This document shows positions 49,305 through 61,400 of a DNA stretch of 64,000 nucleotides, one piece after another. A program made the position numbers and the translations under genes. This DNA comes from Pristiophorus japonicus (lineage: Eukaryota), in assembly GCF_044704955.1 (NCBI RefSeq), contig NW_027252026.1, forward strand, positions 62,001 to 126,000, in the 5' to 3' direction. The first letter of the stretch is position 1, and each line of letters opens with the position of its first letter. The notes under the pieces were generated by a model. That model was not told the DNA's origin. It ran no database searches and saw nothing but the letters and a program-made list of their open reading frames with translations.

Positions 49305-52300
49305 AGAAACAGAAATTTACAGCGCAGAAGGAGGACATTCCGTCCCATCGTGTCTGCAGCAGACGACAAAGAGCCGCACGGCCCTTCGTCAGCAGCCTAA
49401 AGGTTACATACAAACCCATGAACAATAACGGAAAGACAAAGAGCACCCAGTCCAACCAGTCCACCACACAGTACTGCAACACCCCTTATACTAAAAACAT
49501 CGACACTCCACCCCAACTGGAGCCATGTGATCTCCTGGGAGAGGCAAAATCCAGATAAAAACCCAGGCCAATTTAGGGAGAAAATATCTGGGAAAATTCC
49601 TCTCCGACCCATCCAGGCGATCGAAACGAGTCCAGGAGATCACCCTGGCCGTATTCTATTCCCTGCAGTACTTACCATTATATCTGCGCCGACCAACAAA
49701 AGGTCATCAAGTCTAATCCCAATTACCAGCTCTTGGTCCTCCCTGCTCTTATATTTAAGTGCCCATCCAACCATCTCTTAAAAGTGGTGAGGGTTTCTGC
49801 ATCCACCACTCTTCCAGGCATCGAGTTCCAGATCCCCACAACCCTCTGTGTAAAGAAGAACCCTCCCACAAATCCCCTCTAAATCTTCCACCAACCACCT
49901 TAAACCTCTGCCCCCTCGTATTAGCCCCCTCCATCAATGGAAATAGACCCTTACTATCTACTATCTCCAGCCCCTCAATATTTTGTACACCTCGATGAGG
50001 TCTCCCCTCAACTTCCTCTGTTCCAATTAGAACAAACCCAGCCTATCCAATCTGTTCTCATAACTGAGATTCTCCATTCCAGGCAGCATCCTAGTAAATC
50101 TCCTCTGCACCCTCTCTCGTACAATCACGTTCTTCTTATAATACGGCGACCAGAACTGCATGCAGTACTCCAGCTGTGGCCTAACCAAAGCATTATACAA
50201 TTAAACATAACCTCCCTGCTCTTATATTCTATGCCTCGGCCAATAAAGGCAAGCATTCCGTATGCCTTCTTAACTACCTTATCCACCTGGCCTGCTACTT
50301 TCAGGGATCTGTGGACAAGTACTCCAAGGTCCCTTTGCCCATCTACACTATTAAGTGGCCTACCGCTTAATGTGTATACCCTTTGCTTATTAGCCCTCCC
50401 AAAGTGCATCACCTCACACTTCTCTGAATTAAATTCCATTTGCCACTGCTCTGCCTACCTGACCCGTAGATTGATATCCTCCTGCAGCCCATGACTTTCC
50501 TCTTCATTATCAACCACACAGCCAATTTTAGTGTTGTCTGCAAACTTCTTAATCATACTTCCAATATTCAAATCTAAATCGTTGATTTGTACCACAAAAA
50601 GCAAGGGACCCAGTACTGAGCCCTGCGGAACCCCACTACAAATATCCTTCCAGTCACAAGAACATCCATCAATCATTACCCTTTGCTTCCTACCTCCAAG
50701 CCAATTTTGGATCCAACTTGACACTTTGCCTTGGATCCCATGGCCTTTAACCTTCATGACCAGTCTACCATGCGGGACCTTATCAAAAGCCTTGCTAATC
50801 GTACGCACTACCCTCATCGACCCTCTTGGTTACCTCCTCAAAAAATTCAATCAGGTTAGTCAAACACGATCTTCCCTTAACAAATCCGTGCTGACTGTCC
50901 CTAATTAATCCTTGCCTATCCAAATGCAGATTTATCCTGTCTTTCAGGAATTTTTCCAATAATTTTCCCACCACTGACGTTAGGCTGACTGGCCTGTAAT
51001 TACTCGGTCTATCACTTTCTCCCTTCTTAAACAAGGGTACTACATTAGCAGTCCTCCAATCCTCTGGCCCATATCCAAAGAGGACTGGAAAATGATGGTC
51101 AAGGCCTCTGCTATTTCCTCTTTTACTTCACTCAACAACCTGAGATGCATTTCATTTGGGCCTGGGGACTTATCTACTTTCAAAGCTGCTAAACCCCTAA
51201 ATACTTCCTCTCTCACTATATTCATCCAGAATATCACACTCCTCCTCGATAGCAGTATCTGCATTACCGCTTTCCTTTGAGGAAACAGATGGCAAGTATT
51301 CATTAAGAATCCTATCAACATCTTCTGCCTCCTCACAGAGATTACCCTCATGGTCTCTAATACCCTTTCCTTAGTTACCCTCTTACTCTTAATATATTTA
51401 TAGAACATCTTAGGGTTTTCCTTAATTTTACTGGCCAAGAATTTCTCGTGCTCTCTCTTAGCATTCCTAATATCCTTTTTAATTTTACCTCTTATCTTTC
51501 TATATTCCTCTAAAGTATTTAGCCATTGATATGTGACATAAGTGTCCCTTTTTTTCTTAATCCTCCCCTGTAAGTCCCTAGACATCCAGGGGGCTCGAGA
51601 ATTATTTTTCCCAGCATTTTTCTGTTAGGGCACATGTTTGGCCTGAACCTTTCGGATCTCCTCCTTGAATGCCTCCCACTATTCTGGCACCGATTTACCC
51701 ACAAGTAGCTGTTTCCAGTCCACTATAGACAAATCACTCCTTAACTTAGCAAAATTAGCTTTTTCCCAATTAGTAACTTTTATTTCAGGCCTATTCTTGT
51801 CCTTATCCATAACCAACTTGAATCTGACTGAATTATGGTCACTAGCACCCAAATGCTCCCCCACTAATACCCCTTCATCTTGCCCAGCTTCATTCCCCAA
51901 AACTAAATCCAAGCCTGCCCCCTCTCGTGTTGGGCTTGTTACATACTGACTAAAACATTCTCTTCAATGCATTTCAAGAATTCCCCACCCTCTATACCCT
52001 TCACACTAAATTTGTCCCAATCAATATTTGCAGAGTTAAAATCTCCTACTATTACTACCCTATGGTTTTTAGACTTCACAGCCTACATATTTGCTCCTCT
52101 ATCTTCCCCCCCCCCCACTGTTTGGGGGTCTATAATACACTCCCAGCTGTGTGATTGCCCCTTTTTTATTTTTCAATTCCACCCATACGGCCTCAGTTAA
52201 TGATCCCTCTAACATATCATCCCTCCTTACCGCTGTAATAGTTACTTTAATTTATACTGCAACCCACCCCGCCCCCCCCCCCTTTTTACCCCCTTCTGTA

Positions 52301-53090
52301 TCTTGTCTAAATATCCTGTAGCCAGGATTATTAATCTTCCAAACCTGCCCCTCTTTCAGCCATGTTTCTGTCATGGCTATAATGTCATACTCCCAAGTGT
52401 CTATCTACGCTCTTATCTCATCCGCCTTATTTGCTATACTCCTTGCATTAAAGTATATACCATTCAGCACAGGAAGATCTCCTTGCTTACTACATACTAA
52501 GCCCTGTTTCCTCTGTTTTACAGATTCGCTTTCTAGGTTCTTGCTATCCAACTTCTGCTTTACTTCCTTCCCTTTTGAATTTGTTCTCAGGTTCCCATCC
52601 CCCTGCCAAGCGAGCTTCAGCTCTCCCCAACTACACCAGCAAAACTCTCTGCGAGGTTATTGGTCCCGGCGCTGTTGAGGTTCAACCCGTGCGGTTTGTA
52701 CAGGTCCCATCTCCCCAGAAGCAGTCCCAATGCCTCGACTTTAAAGCCCTCCCTCCTGCACCAATTTTCCAGCATGTGTTCATCCTCTCTATCCTTCTAT
52801 ACTTGCACTCATTAGCACGTGGCACTGATAGTAACCCGGAGATGACTACCTTTGAGGCCCTACCCTTGACCCTGGCACCAGGGAGGCATAAAACCATTCG
52901 GGAGTCACGTGTACAGCCGCAGAAACGCCTGTCTGTTCCCCTAACTATAGAATACCCTATCACTCGGAGTTTTTTGTTCTTCGTCTCTCTCCCCTGTGCA
53001 GCTGAACCAGCCGTGGTGCCTTGGAATTGGCTCTGGCTGCACTGCCCAGAGTCACCATCGCCCTTACCGATACTCAGAATTAAATATCGG
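49305..53090 (-). mobile_element. Long decayed CR1 (ORF1 esterase remnant, endonuclease, RT, 3' UTR)
   Basis: IGYSIVRGTDRRFCG..VLCLPGARVK (SGNH-like ORF1), [30 protein letters not shown] and FADN. Confidence 0.88.
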
Positions 53091-53099
53091 ACTTGTCAC

Positions 53100-54125
53100 C
53101 TTTTTTGAAGATGGTCACGATTACAGCATCTGAGAGCTCCAGGCATGCTCTCCTCCTTCCAAATAAGAGAAATGAGTTCATGGATTTGTGCAAATTGTAC
53201 TTTTCCACCATGCTTTAGTGCTTAGGTGGGGATTCCATCTGGTCCTGAGACCTTGTTGTTCTTCAGTTGTCGGATGGCCTTTTCAACCTCATGCCGGGCT
53301 GGGGTTGTGCTGAGGTGATGGTGGGTTGCATGCTGCAGAATGAAGTCGAGGACATTCATGTCAAAGACAGACTCTTGGTTAAGGAGATCTTCGAAGTGTT
53401 CCTTCCAGCGGGCACTGACTGCCTCTCTGTCCTTAATGAATATGTCTCCGTTCTTGGCCCACAGTGGGGGAGGACCTTGGGTGCTTGGGCCATAGGTGGT
53501 CTTGACTGCGCTAAAGATTCCACGCATGTCGTGGTTGTGGGCTACTTGCTGGATCTCCTGTGCTTTTTCCACCCACCATTTGTTCATTCGGTCACGAGTT
53601 TTATTTTGGACGTCAACCTTCAGACGTTGATAGAGCTGCTTTCTTGTTCTCGAGTTATGATGCTCTTTGCAGTTCAAGGATGCCTTGTGTTTGCGACTTA
53701 TTAGCTCCTGGACCTCCTGGTCGTACTCATCGAACCAGTCTTGGTGTTTCCTGGTGGAGTGACCGAGTGTCTCTTCACAGGTGCTAATTATGGAGGCCTT
53801 GAGGCGGAGGGGTTTAGGGAGGATATTCCAGAGTTTAGGGCCTCGGCACACAGACTACAGTGGACACTGTGCGTCTCCGGTTCACTGGAAGTCGTCAGGT
53901 TGGTTGTGAGATGCTGGCTGAATGGAGCTTTCTTAGCAGGGTCTTTGAGTACTCCAGCATCGATTTCTGTTGCCACCATTGTTTTGGGGCTACATTGTCC
54001 GTCCAGCAGTTGTCAGTCCTGTCATGGCGCGGGTGATGCACACGTCCTTGTGGTCCCTCACACAAACAATGATGTAGTCTCGCAGATACCAGTGCTTGGA
54101 GCCAGGGTGTTGACATGAGGCCTTG
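53100..54125 (-). mobile_element. RTE LINE internal fragment
   Basis: ETLGHSTRKHQDWFDE..RWKEHFEDLLN..KVSGPDGIP. Confidence 0.85.
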
Positions 54126-54759
54126 TACTTTGGGTCGCTGGGTTCCCTGATGTAAGGAGAAAATCTATTCGTGGTGTTTGCAGGGCAGGCGTCCCCAGTG
54201 GCTGGCATCCTCACCTCATATTCCCTCTTTCTCCACTGCTGTACTATCTGAAGCTTTTTTAAATCATTCTTTGCAATGTGTGTGTCGCGGCCAAGCCCTG
54301 CATTTATTGCCCATCCCCAGCTGCCCTTGAGAAGGTCGTGGTGGGCTGCCTTGTTGGACCGAAGTAGTCTGTGTGCCTAGGCCCTAAACTCCGGAATATC
54401 CTCCCTAAACCCCTCCACCTCACTACCTCTCTCTCCTCCTCTGAGACACTCATTGAAACCTACCTGTTTGACCAAGCTTTTGGTCACCTGTCCTAATATC
54501 TCCTCATGTGGTTCGGTGTCAAATGTTGATAATGCTCCTGTGAAGCACCTTGGGACATTTTACTACATTAATGGTGCTATGTAAATGCAAGTTGTTGCTT
54601 TTCAAGGTACTCCCACCGTGCTTTTAGGGAGGGAGTTCCTGGATTGTGACCCAGCAACAATGAATATACATCGAAGTCAGGATGGTGTGTGACTGGAGAA
54701 ATTGGATGTGGTGGTGTTCCCATCTTCCAGATGGTGGAGCTCGTGGGATTCAGAAATGC

Positions 54760-55116
54760 TCCCCCATGTCCCCTCCCCCATCCAATCACCCCTCCCCCTC
54801 CCCCACACACATCACCCCTCCCCCTCCCCCACGTCCTCTCCCCCACCCACATCACCCCTCCCCCACGTCGTCCCCCATCCACATCACCCCTCCCCCACGT
54901 CCCCCCCCAACCACATCACCCTTCCCCCTCCCCCACGTCCCTTCCCCCTCCCCCACGTCCCCTCCCCCTCCCCCACGTCCCCTCCCCCACCAACGCCCCC
55001 TCTCCCCCACCCACATCCTGCTCCCCCACGTCCCCTCCCCAACCCTCTTCCCCCCCCTTCCCCCATGTCCCCTCCCCCACCCACATCCCCCCTCCCCCAC
55101 GTCCCCTCCCCCACAC
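54760..55116. repeat. C-rich repeat (CCCCTCCCCCACGT-like)
   Basis: Degenerate units of about 15-20 bp; the minus strand has dense G-runs. Confidence 0.85.
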
Positions 55117-55480
55117 ACCACTGGGACCCTGTCTCAGGATAGATAGTGAGACCCACATACACCACTGGGACCCTGTCTCAGGATAGATAGTGAGACCCAC
55201 ATACACCACTGGGACCCTGTCTCAGGATAGATAGTGGGACCCACACACACCACTGGGACCCTGTCTCAGGATAGATAGTGAGACCCACATACACCACTGG
55301 GACCCTGTCTCAGGATAGATAGTGAGACCCACACACACCACTGGGACCCTGTCTCAGGATAGATAGTGAGACCCACACACACCACTGGGACCCTGTCTCA
55401 GGATAGATAGTGAGACCCACACATACCACTGGGACCCTGTCTCAGGATAGATAGTGAGACCCACACACACCACTGGGACC
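55117..55480. repeat. 44-bp minisatellite, 8 copies plus a partial copy
   Basis: ACCACTGGGACCCTGTCTCAGGATAGATAGTGAGACCCACA(C/T)AC starting at 55117, 55161, 55205 and so on to 55469. Confidence 0.95.
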
Positions 55481-58400
55481 GACTTGGAAGAAGGGACTGA
55501 GTGTCACGTTGCCAAGTTTGCTGACGATACAAAGATGGGAGGAAAAGCAATGGGTGAGGAGGACACAAAAAATCTGCAAAAGAATGTAGACAGGCTAAGT
55601 GAGTGGGTAAAAATTTGGCAGATGGAGTATAATGTTGGAAAGTGTGAGGTCACGTACTTTGGCAGAAAAAAATCAAAGAGCAAGTTATTATTTAAATGGA
55701 GAAAGATTGCAAAGTGCTACAGTACAGCAAGTGATCAGGAAGGCCAATGTAATCTTGGTTTTTATTGCAAAGGGGATGGAGTATAAAAGTAGGGAAGTCT
55801 TGCTACAGTTATACAGGAATTGGTGAGGCCACACCTGGAATATTTATGAAAGGATATACTTGCTTTGGCGGCAGTTCAGAGAAGGTTCACAAGGTTGATT
55901 CCGGAGATGAGAGGGTTAACCTATGTGGAAAGGTTGAGTAGGTTGGGTCTCTAATCATTGGAATTGAGAGGTGATCTTATCGAAATGTATAAGATGATGA
56001 GGGGGCTTGACAAGGTAGATACAGAGAGAATGTTTCCACTGATAGGGGAGACTAGAACTAGGGGGCATAATCTTAAAATAAGGGGCCGTTTTAAAACTGA
56101 GATGAGGAAAAATTTATTTCCTCAGAGGGTTGTAAAACTGTGGAATTCACTGCCTCAGAGAGCTATTGAAGCTGGGACACTGAATAAATTTACGATAGAG
56201 ATAGACAGTTTGTGAACCGATAAGGGAATAAGGGGTTATGGGGAACGGGCAGGGAAGTGGATCTGAGACCATGATCGGATCAGCCAAGATCGTATTAAAT
56301 GGCAGAGCAGGCTTGAGGTGCCGTATGGCCTACTCCTGCTCCTATTTATGATGTTATTATGTTCTTATCCAGAACTCCCGTATCCAGAGCCACCCCTCGT
56401 CCAGAACCATTCCCGGCCACCGGTGGCACATGCTCAGAAGTCCTACATGAACAAATTGAAGTCCTTCCTCGCTGCCGACTCCAGCAATCGTTGGCCTGAC
56501 TCCGCGATCCACCCCCCCCGCCCCATGATCTCTCTGCCGCACTCCCAGCCCCAAGCCAGCCAGCCCTGATATCCCCTTGCTCAGTACCTGTACCATCCAA
56601 TTTAACATGACCACCCCTCATCCGGAAAAATCCCTTATGCAGAACAGGCCAGGTTTCCAGGGTTCTGGATAAGGGAGGTTCAACATGTACAGAAAACCCT
56701 GTCAGCGACTCAAAAGCACAACACTGCGGATGCTGGAAATCTGAAATCAAAACAGAAAATGCTGGAAATACTCAGCAGGTCAGAACTGACGAAGGACCAT
56801 CAACCTGAAACGTTAACTCTGTTTCTCTCTCCGTAGATGCTCTGACCTGCTGAATGTTTCCAGCATTTTCTGATTTTATTCCTGGCAGTAGCCCTCAGAG
56901 GAATCACATGCATAATAACAACTTGCACCTGTAACATAGTAAAACGTCCCAAGACACTTCACAGGAGCATTATCAAACAAAATGTGACACTGCGCTTGGT
57001 CAAAGTAGTAGGTTTTAAGGAGGAGAGAGAGGTCGAGCGGCGGAGAGGTTTAGGGAGGGAATTCTAGTGCTTAGGGCCAAGGCAGCTGAAGGCATGGCCG
57101 CCAATGTTGGAGCGATTGAAATCGAGGTTGCACAAGAGGCCAGAATTGGAGGAGCGCTGAGATCTCGGAGGGTTGTAGGGCTGGTGGAATTCAGGGAGGG
57201 ATGAGGGATTTGAAAACAAGGATGAGAATTTTTGAGGCATTAACAGACCAGGAGCCAATTTAGGTCACGAGCACAAGGGTAAAGTCTAGAGGTAACAAAG
57301 GCATGGATGGGAGGTTTCAACAACAGATAAGCTGAGGCAGGGGCAGAGTCTGACGATGCTACAGAGGTTGAAGTTGACGATCTTGGTGATGGTGCGGATA
57401 TGTGGTCAGAAGCTCATCTCGGGGTCAAGTGCGACACCAAGGTTGCGAGCGGTCTGGTCCAGCCTCAGACAGTTGCCAGGAGAGGGATGGAGTCGGTGGT
57501 TAGGGAAAAGAAGTAGTTGCAGGTGATTCTCGGGCTACGACTGGACTTTATAATAGGCTTATAAAGTATAGGCACTGTAGGAAGGTGGTGTTCAATGGGC
57601 ATCTTGCTAGATAGTGTTAGAGCAGCCTGCTAAACCTTCTGGGTCTGTTGTGGTCGATGGTGTCAGTCCTTTGAGTGTTCAAACATCTGGAGAAATAACT
57701 GCTGCTGCTGTAACTCTGACAGCCAGTTCACAACTTCAGGACAACATTTCTATTCTTCCATTTTAACTGGTTCTCCAGTGGCCGATAGGGGCTGAAACTC
57801 TCACTGCACCATGTGTGATGGAGTGCCCCTTGTCTCAGGATGACCAGCACTTGCTTTGCTCCTTTATATTCTCCAAACCGATTCAATCCAGTCCACCGAA
57901 GGTAGCTCAGCTCCGGCACACTTTTATTGTTCGATGAAACTCAAGACTGGTCACAAATCTGCAATATTGAGTTTAAATAAACCCTTCCTGTTTCTGTAAT
58001 CAGGGACATGGGTGAACACTTATTGGCACCATCTACTTCCCATGGTCCTCGGGCCCGAAAACCTCTGGAGAGGATGGAGAGTTTTCCCACAGTACATAAA
58101 TGTGTCAAAAAAACAATTTCCTCGCTCTTTTTTAGCACAATAATGGTGCAAGTGCTGAGGATTGCGAGAAAATTCAAGGCCCATGTCAACATTTTATATC
58201 GAAAAAACCCAACATTTCACTGTCATGATTTGTTAACCAATCCAATTACTCATAATACTTTTTTTTATAATGGTGCAGATTTTGCGGGAGGAATCACGGT
58301 GTGTTCAAACAGGTCCTAGATCCCCTGTCGAGGGCACCGCGCTGTTTTTACTCTCTGATTACCGCAAGTTACAGTGCAAAAGCCCACAGAGAGTCTTGGG

Positions 58401-61400
58401 CCTAAAAATCTGTTCTAATATTAGTGCCGGGCGATGTTTACCATGTCCAAACGGGATATTCACTAGTAGCGCCCCAAGAGGGGAGCGGAGCACTTAGGGA
58501 AGCGTTCTACGCTACTTTGAGGGCTCTAGGGGTGGTAGCACTGCATGGATAATGAAGGTCTGGTGCTCGGAAACCTGAAAAATGACAGAAAGGTGAAGGG
58601 AGCGTTGGAAACATCGGCAGCAGTATGTGCGACCTCACAGAATCACGGCAATGTTAAAAGATTTTACAACTGACCAGCCACAGGCTCCTGCTCTATAACA
58701 TCGCCCCAGGAGCTTCCATGGAACACCCGCTCTCCCTGTCGGTGACAGTGCCAGGCGCTACGGCAGGCGAAAGGAGTGAAGTTCAGGATCGCGGCACTAA
58801 CGTGGCGTTGTACACCCATGACGTCACCAAGTGGGTGGTGCTAGAGTGCACGGCGTTAACTGATAGCGCCGCTGCTAAACCACCACTGAGGTTCACGGCA
58901 GGCACCGACAGCGCGGCACTCGGGCAGCAAGTGCTTAGCGGCTAGAAGGCAGTAGAGCAGGGGAGCGATGGGGGAAATGATAACCAGAGTGTGACAGGAA
59001 GGGACAGAATTTATAAACATAAATGTATCAGAAAGTGAGGTCAAAGCAGGGAAAATGGTAAAAGACAAAATCAAAAGCACTTTATATGAATGCACGCAGC
59101 ATTTGTAACAAGACAGATGAATTGACGGCACAAATAGATATAAATGGGTACGATCTGATAACCATTACAGAGCCATGGTTGCAAGGTGACCAAGGCTGGG
59201 AACTGAAAATTCAGGGATTTTTGACAATTCGGAAGGATGGACAGAATGGAAAAGGAGGTGGGGTAGCTCTGTTAATAAAGGATGGGATCAGTGCAGTAAT
59301 GAGAAATGATATTGGCTCAGAAGATCAAGATGTAGAATCAATTTGGGTGGAGATAAGAAACAATAAGGGGAAGAAGTTATTGGTGGGCATAGTCTATAGG
59401 CCCCCTAACAGAAACTACACTGTTGGGCAGAGCATAAATAAAGCAGTATTGGAATCTTGTAAGAAAGTTCCGGCAATAATCATGGGTGATTTTACTCTAT
59501 ATATTGATTGGACAAATCAAATTGGGCACGATAGCCTTGAGGAAGAATTCATAGAGTGTATCTGGGATGGTTTCCTTGGACAGTACATTGTGGAAACAAC
59601 CAGGGAGCAGGCTATCTTAGATCTGGTACTGTGTAAATATAAGAGACATAGGAAATAGGAACAGGAGTAGGCCAAAGGGCCTCTCGAACCTGGTCCGCCA
59701 TTCAATAAGATCATGGCTGATCTGATTATTGGCTCAGCTCAACTTTTCAGCCCGCTCCCCATATGCATTTACTCCCTTATCGCTCAAAATTCTGCTATCT
59801 CCGCTTTAAATATATTCAATGACCCAGCCTCCTCAGCTCTCTGGCACAGAGAATTCCACAGATGTACAACCGAGAGAAGAAATTCCTCCTCATCTCAGTT
59901 TTAAATGGGCGACCCCTTATTCGAAAACTATGTACCCTAGTTCTAGATAACTCCATGAGTGGAAACATCCTCTCTGCATTTACCTTGTCCAGCCCCCTCA
60001 TTATTTTATATGTCTTAATAAGATCATCTCTCATTCTTCTGAACTTCAACGTGTATAGGCCCAACCTGCTCAACCTTTCTTCATAAGTCAATCCCTTCAC
60101 CTCAGGAATCAAATGAGTGAATCTTCTCTGAACTACCTCCAATGCAAGTATATGTTTCAATGATAAGGATTATGGGGAGTGGGCGGAGAAGTGTAGCTGA
60201 GCCCAAGATCAAATCAGCCATGATCTGATTAAATGGCGGAGCAGGCTTGCGGGGACAAATGGCCGACTCCTGCTTCTATTTCTATATTCTTATGTTCTAG
60301 TGCCCCCCCACCCCCTGCCTCTTGGGCACTAACGGGTGGTGCTAAGCAAACAAATGTTTAACCTTAAGTGTAATGAACGGTGAGCGCCGTTCATTTTCCG
60401 CTGACCACTGACTGACCAATAATAATTGCAATTTATTCGCCATAAATTAATTTTCTAATGTCAGAAATAAAGTTTAAACATAATATAAAATTCTAAATAT
60501 GAAGACCCTCTCACAATAACATGATTAAATGTATCTATTGAATTGTCTTTTACTGTCTTCCCTAAAGCCTATACTTGAAAGCCTCGCCTTGTCTCAAGAG
60601 TTGGGGCTTCTCTCCAACAGGTCTACAGTTTCAAACCACATTCTGGCAATGGCATTCTCAGCATGTGCAGCGTGCAATAATGTACAAGATCACCGGCCAG
60701 AATATTCCAGCTATAACACTCCCACATACAATTCCTCCCTTCCTGTTCAACACTGTTAGTGTACGTCATTAAATACAGAGCAACCTGGCATCTGGTGGGC
60801 AAAAAGCAAGCCGGTCAGTAATTCACATCAGGCAGTAGAGACACAGAAACATAGAAAATAGGTGCAGGAGTAGGCCATTCGGCCCTTCGAGCCTGCACCA
60901 CCATTCAATAAGGTCATGGCTGATCATTCCCTCAGTACCCCTTTCCTGCTTTCTCTCCATACCCCTTAATCCCTTTAGCCGTAAAGGCCATATCTAACTC
61001 CCTCTTGAATATATCCAATGAACTGGCATCAACAACTCTCTGCGGCAGGGAATTCCACAGGTTAACAACTCTGAGTGAAGAAGTTTGTCCTCATCTCAGT
61101 CCTAATAGGCCTACCCCTTATCCTAAGACTGTGTTCCCTGGTTCTGGACTTCCCCAATATTGGGAACAATCTACCCGCATCTAACCTGTCCCGTCCCGTC
61201 AGAATTTTGTATGTTTCTATGAGATCCCCTCTCATCCTTCTAAACTCCAATGTATAAAGGCCCAGCTGATCCAGTCTCTCCTCATATGTCAGTCCGACCA
61301 TCCCGGGAATCAGTCTGGTGAACCTTTGCTGCACTTCCTCAATAGCAAGAACGTCCTTCCTCAGATTAAGAGACCAAAATTGAACACAATATTCCAAGTG

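Noticed and set aside
55117-55480. CRISPR-like array
   Set aside because: Head-to-tail identical units with no unique spacers, in a vertebrate context.
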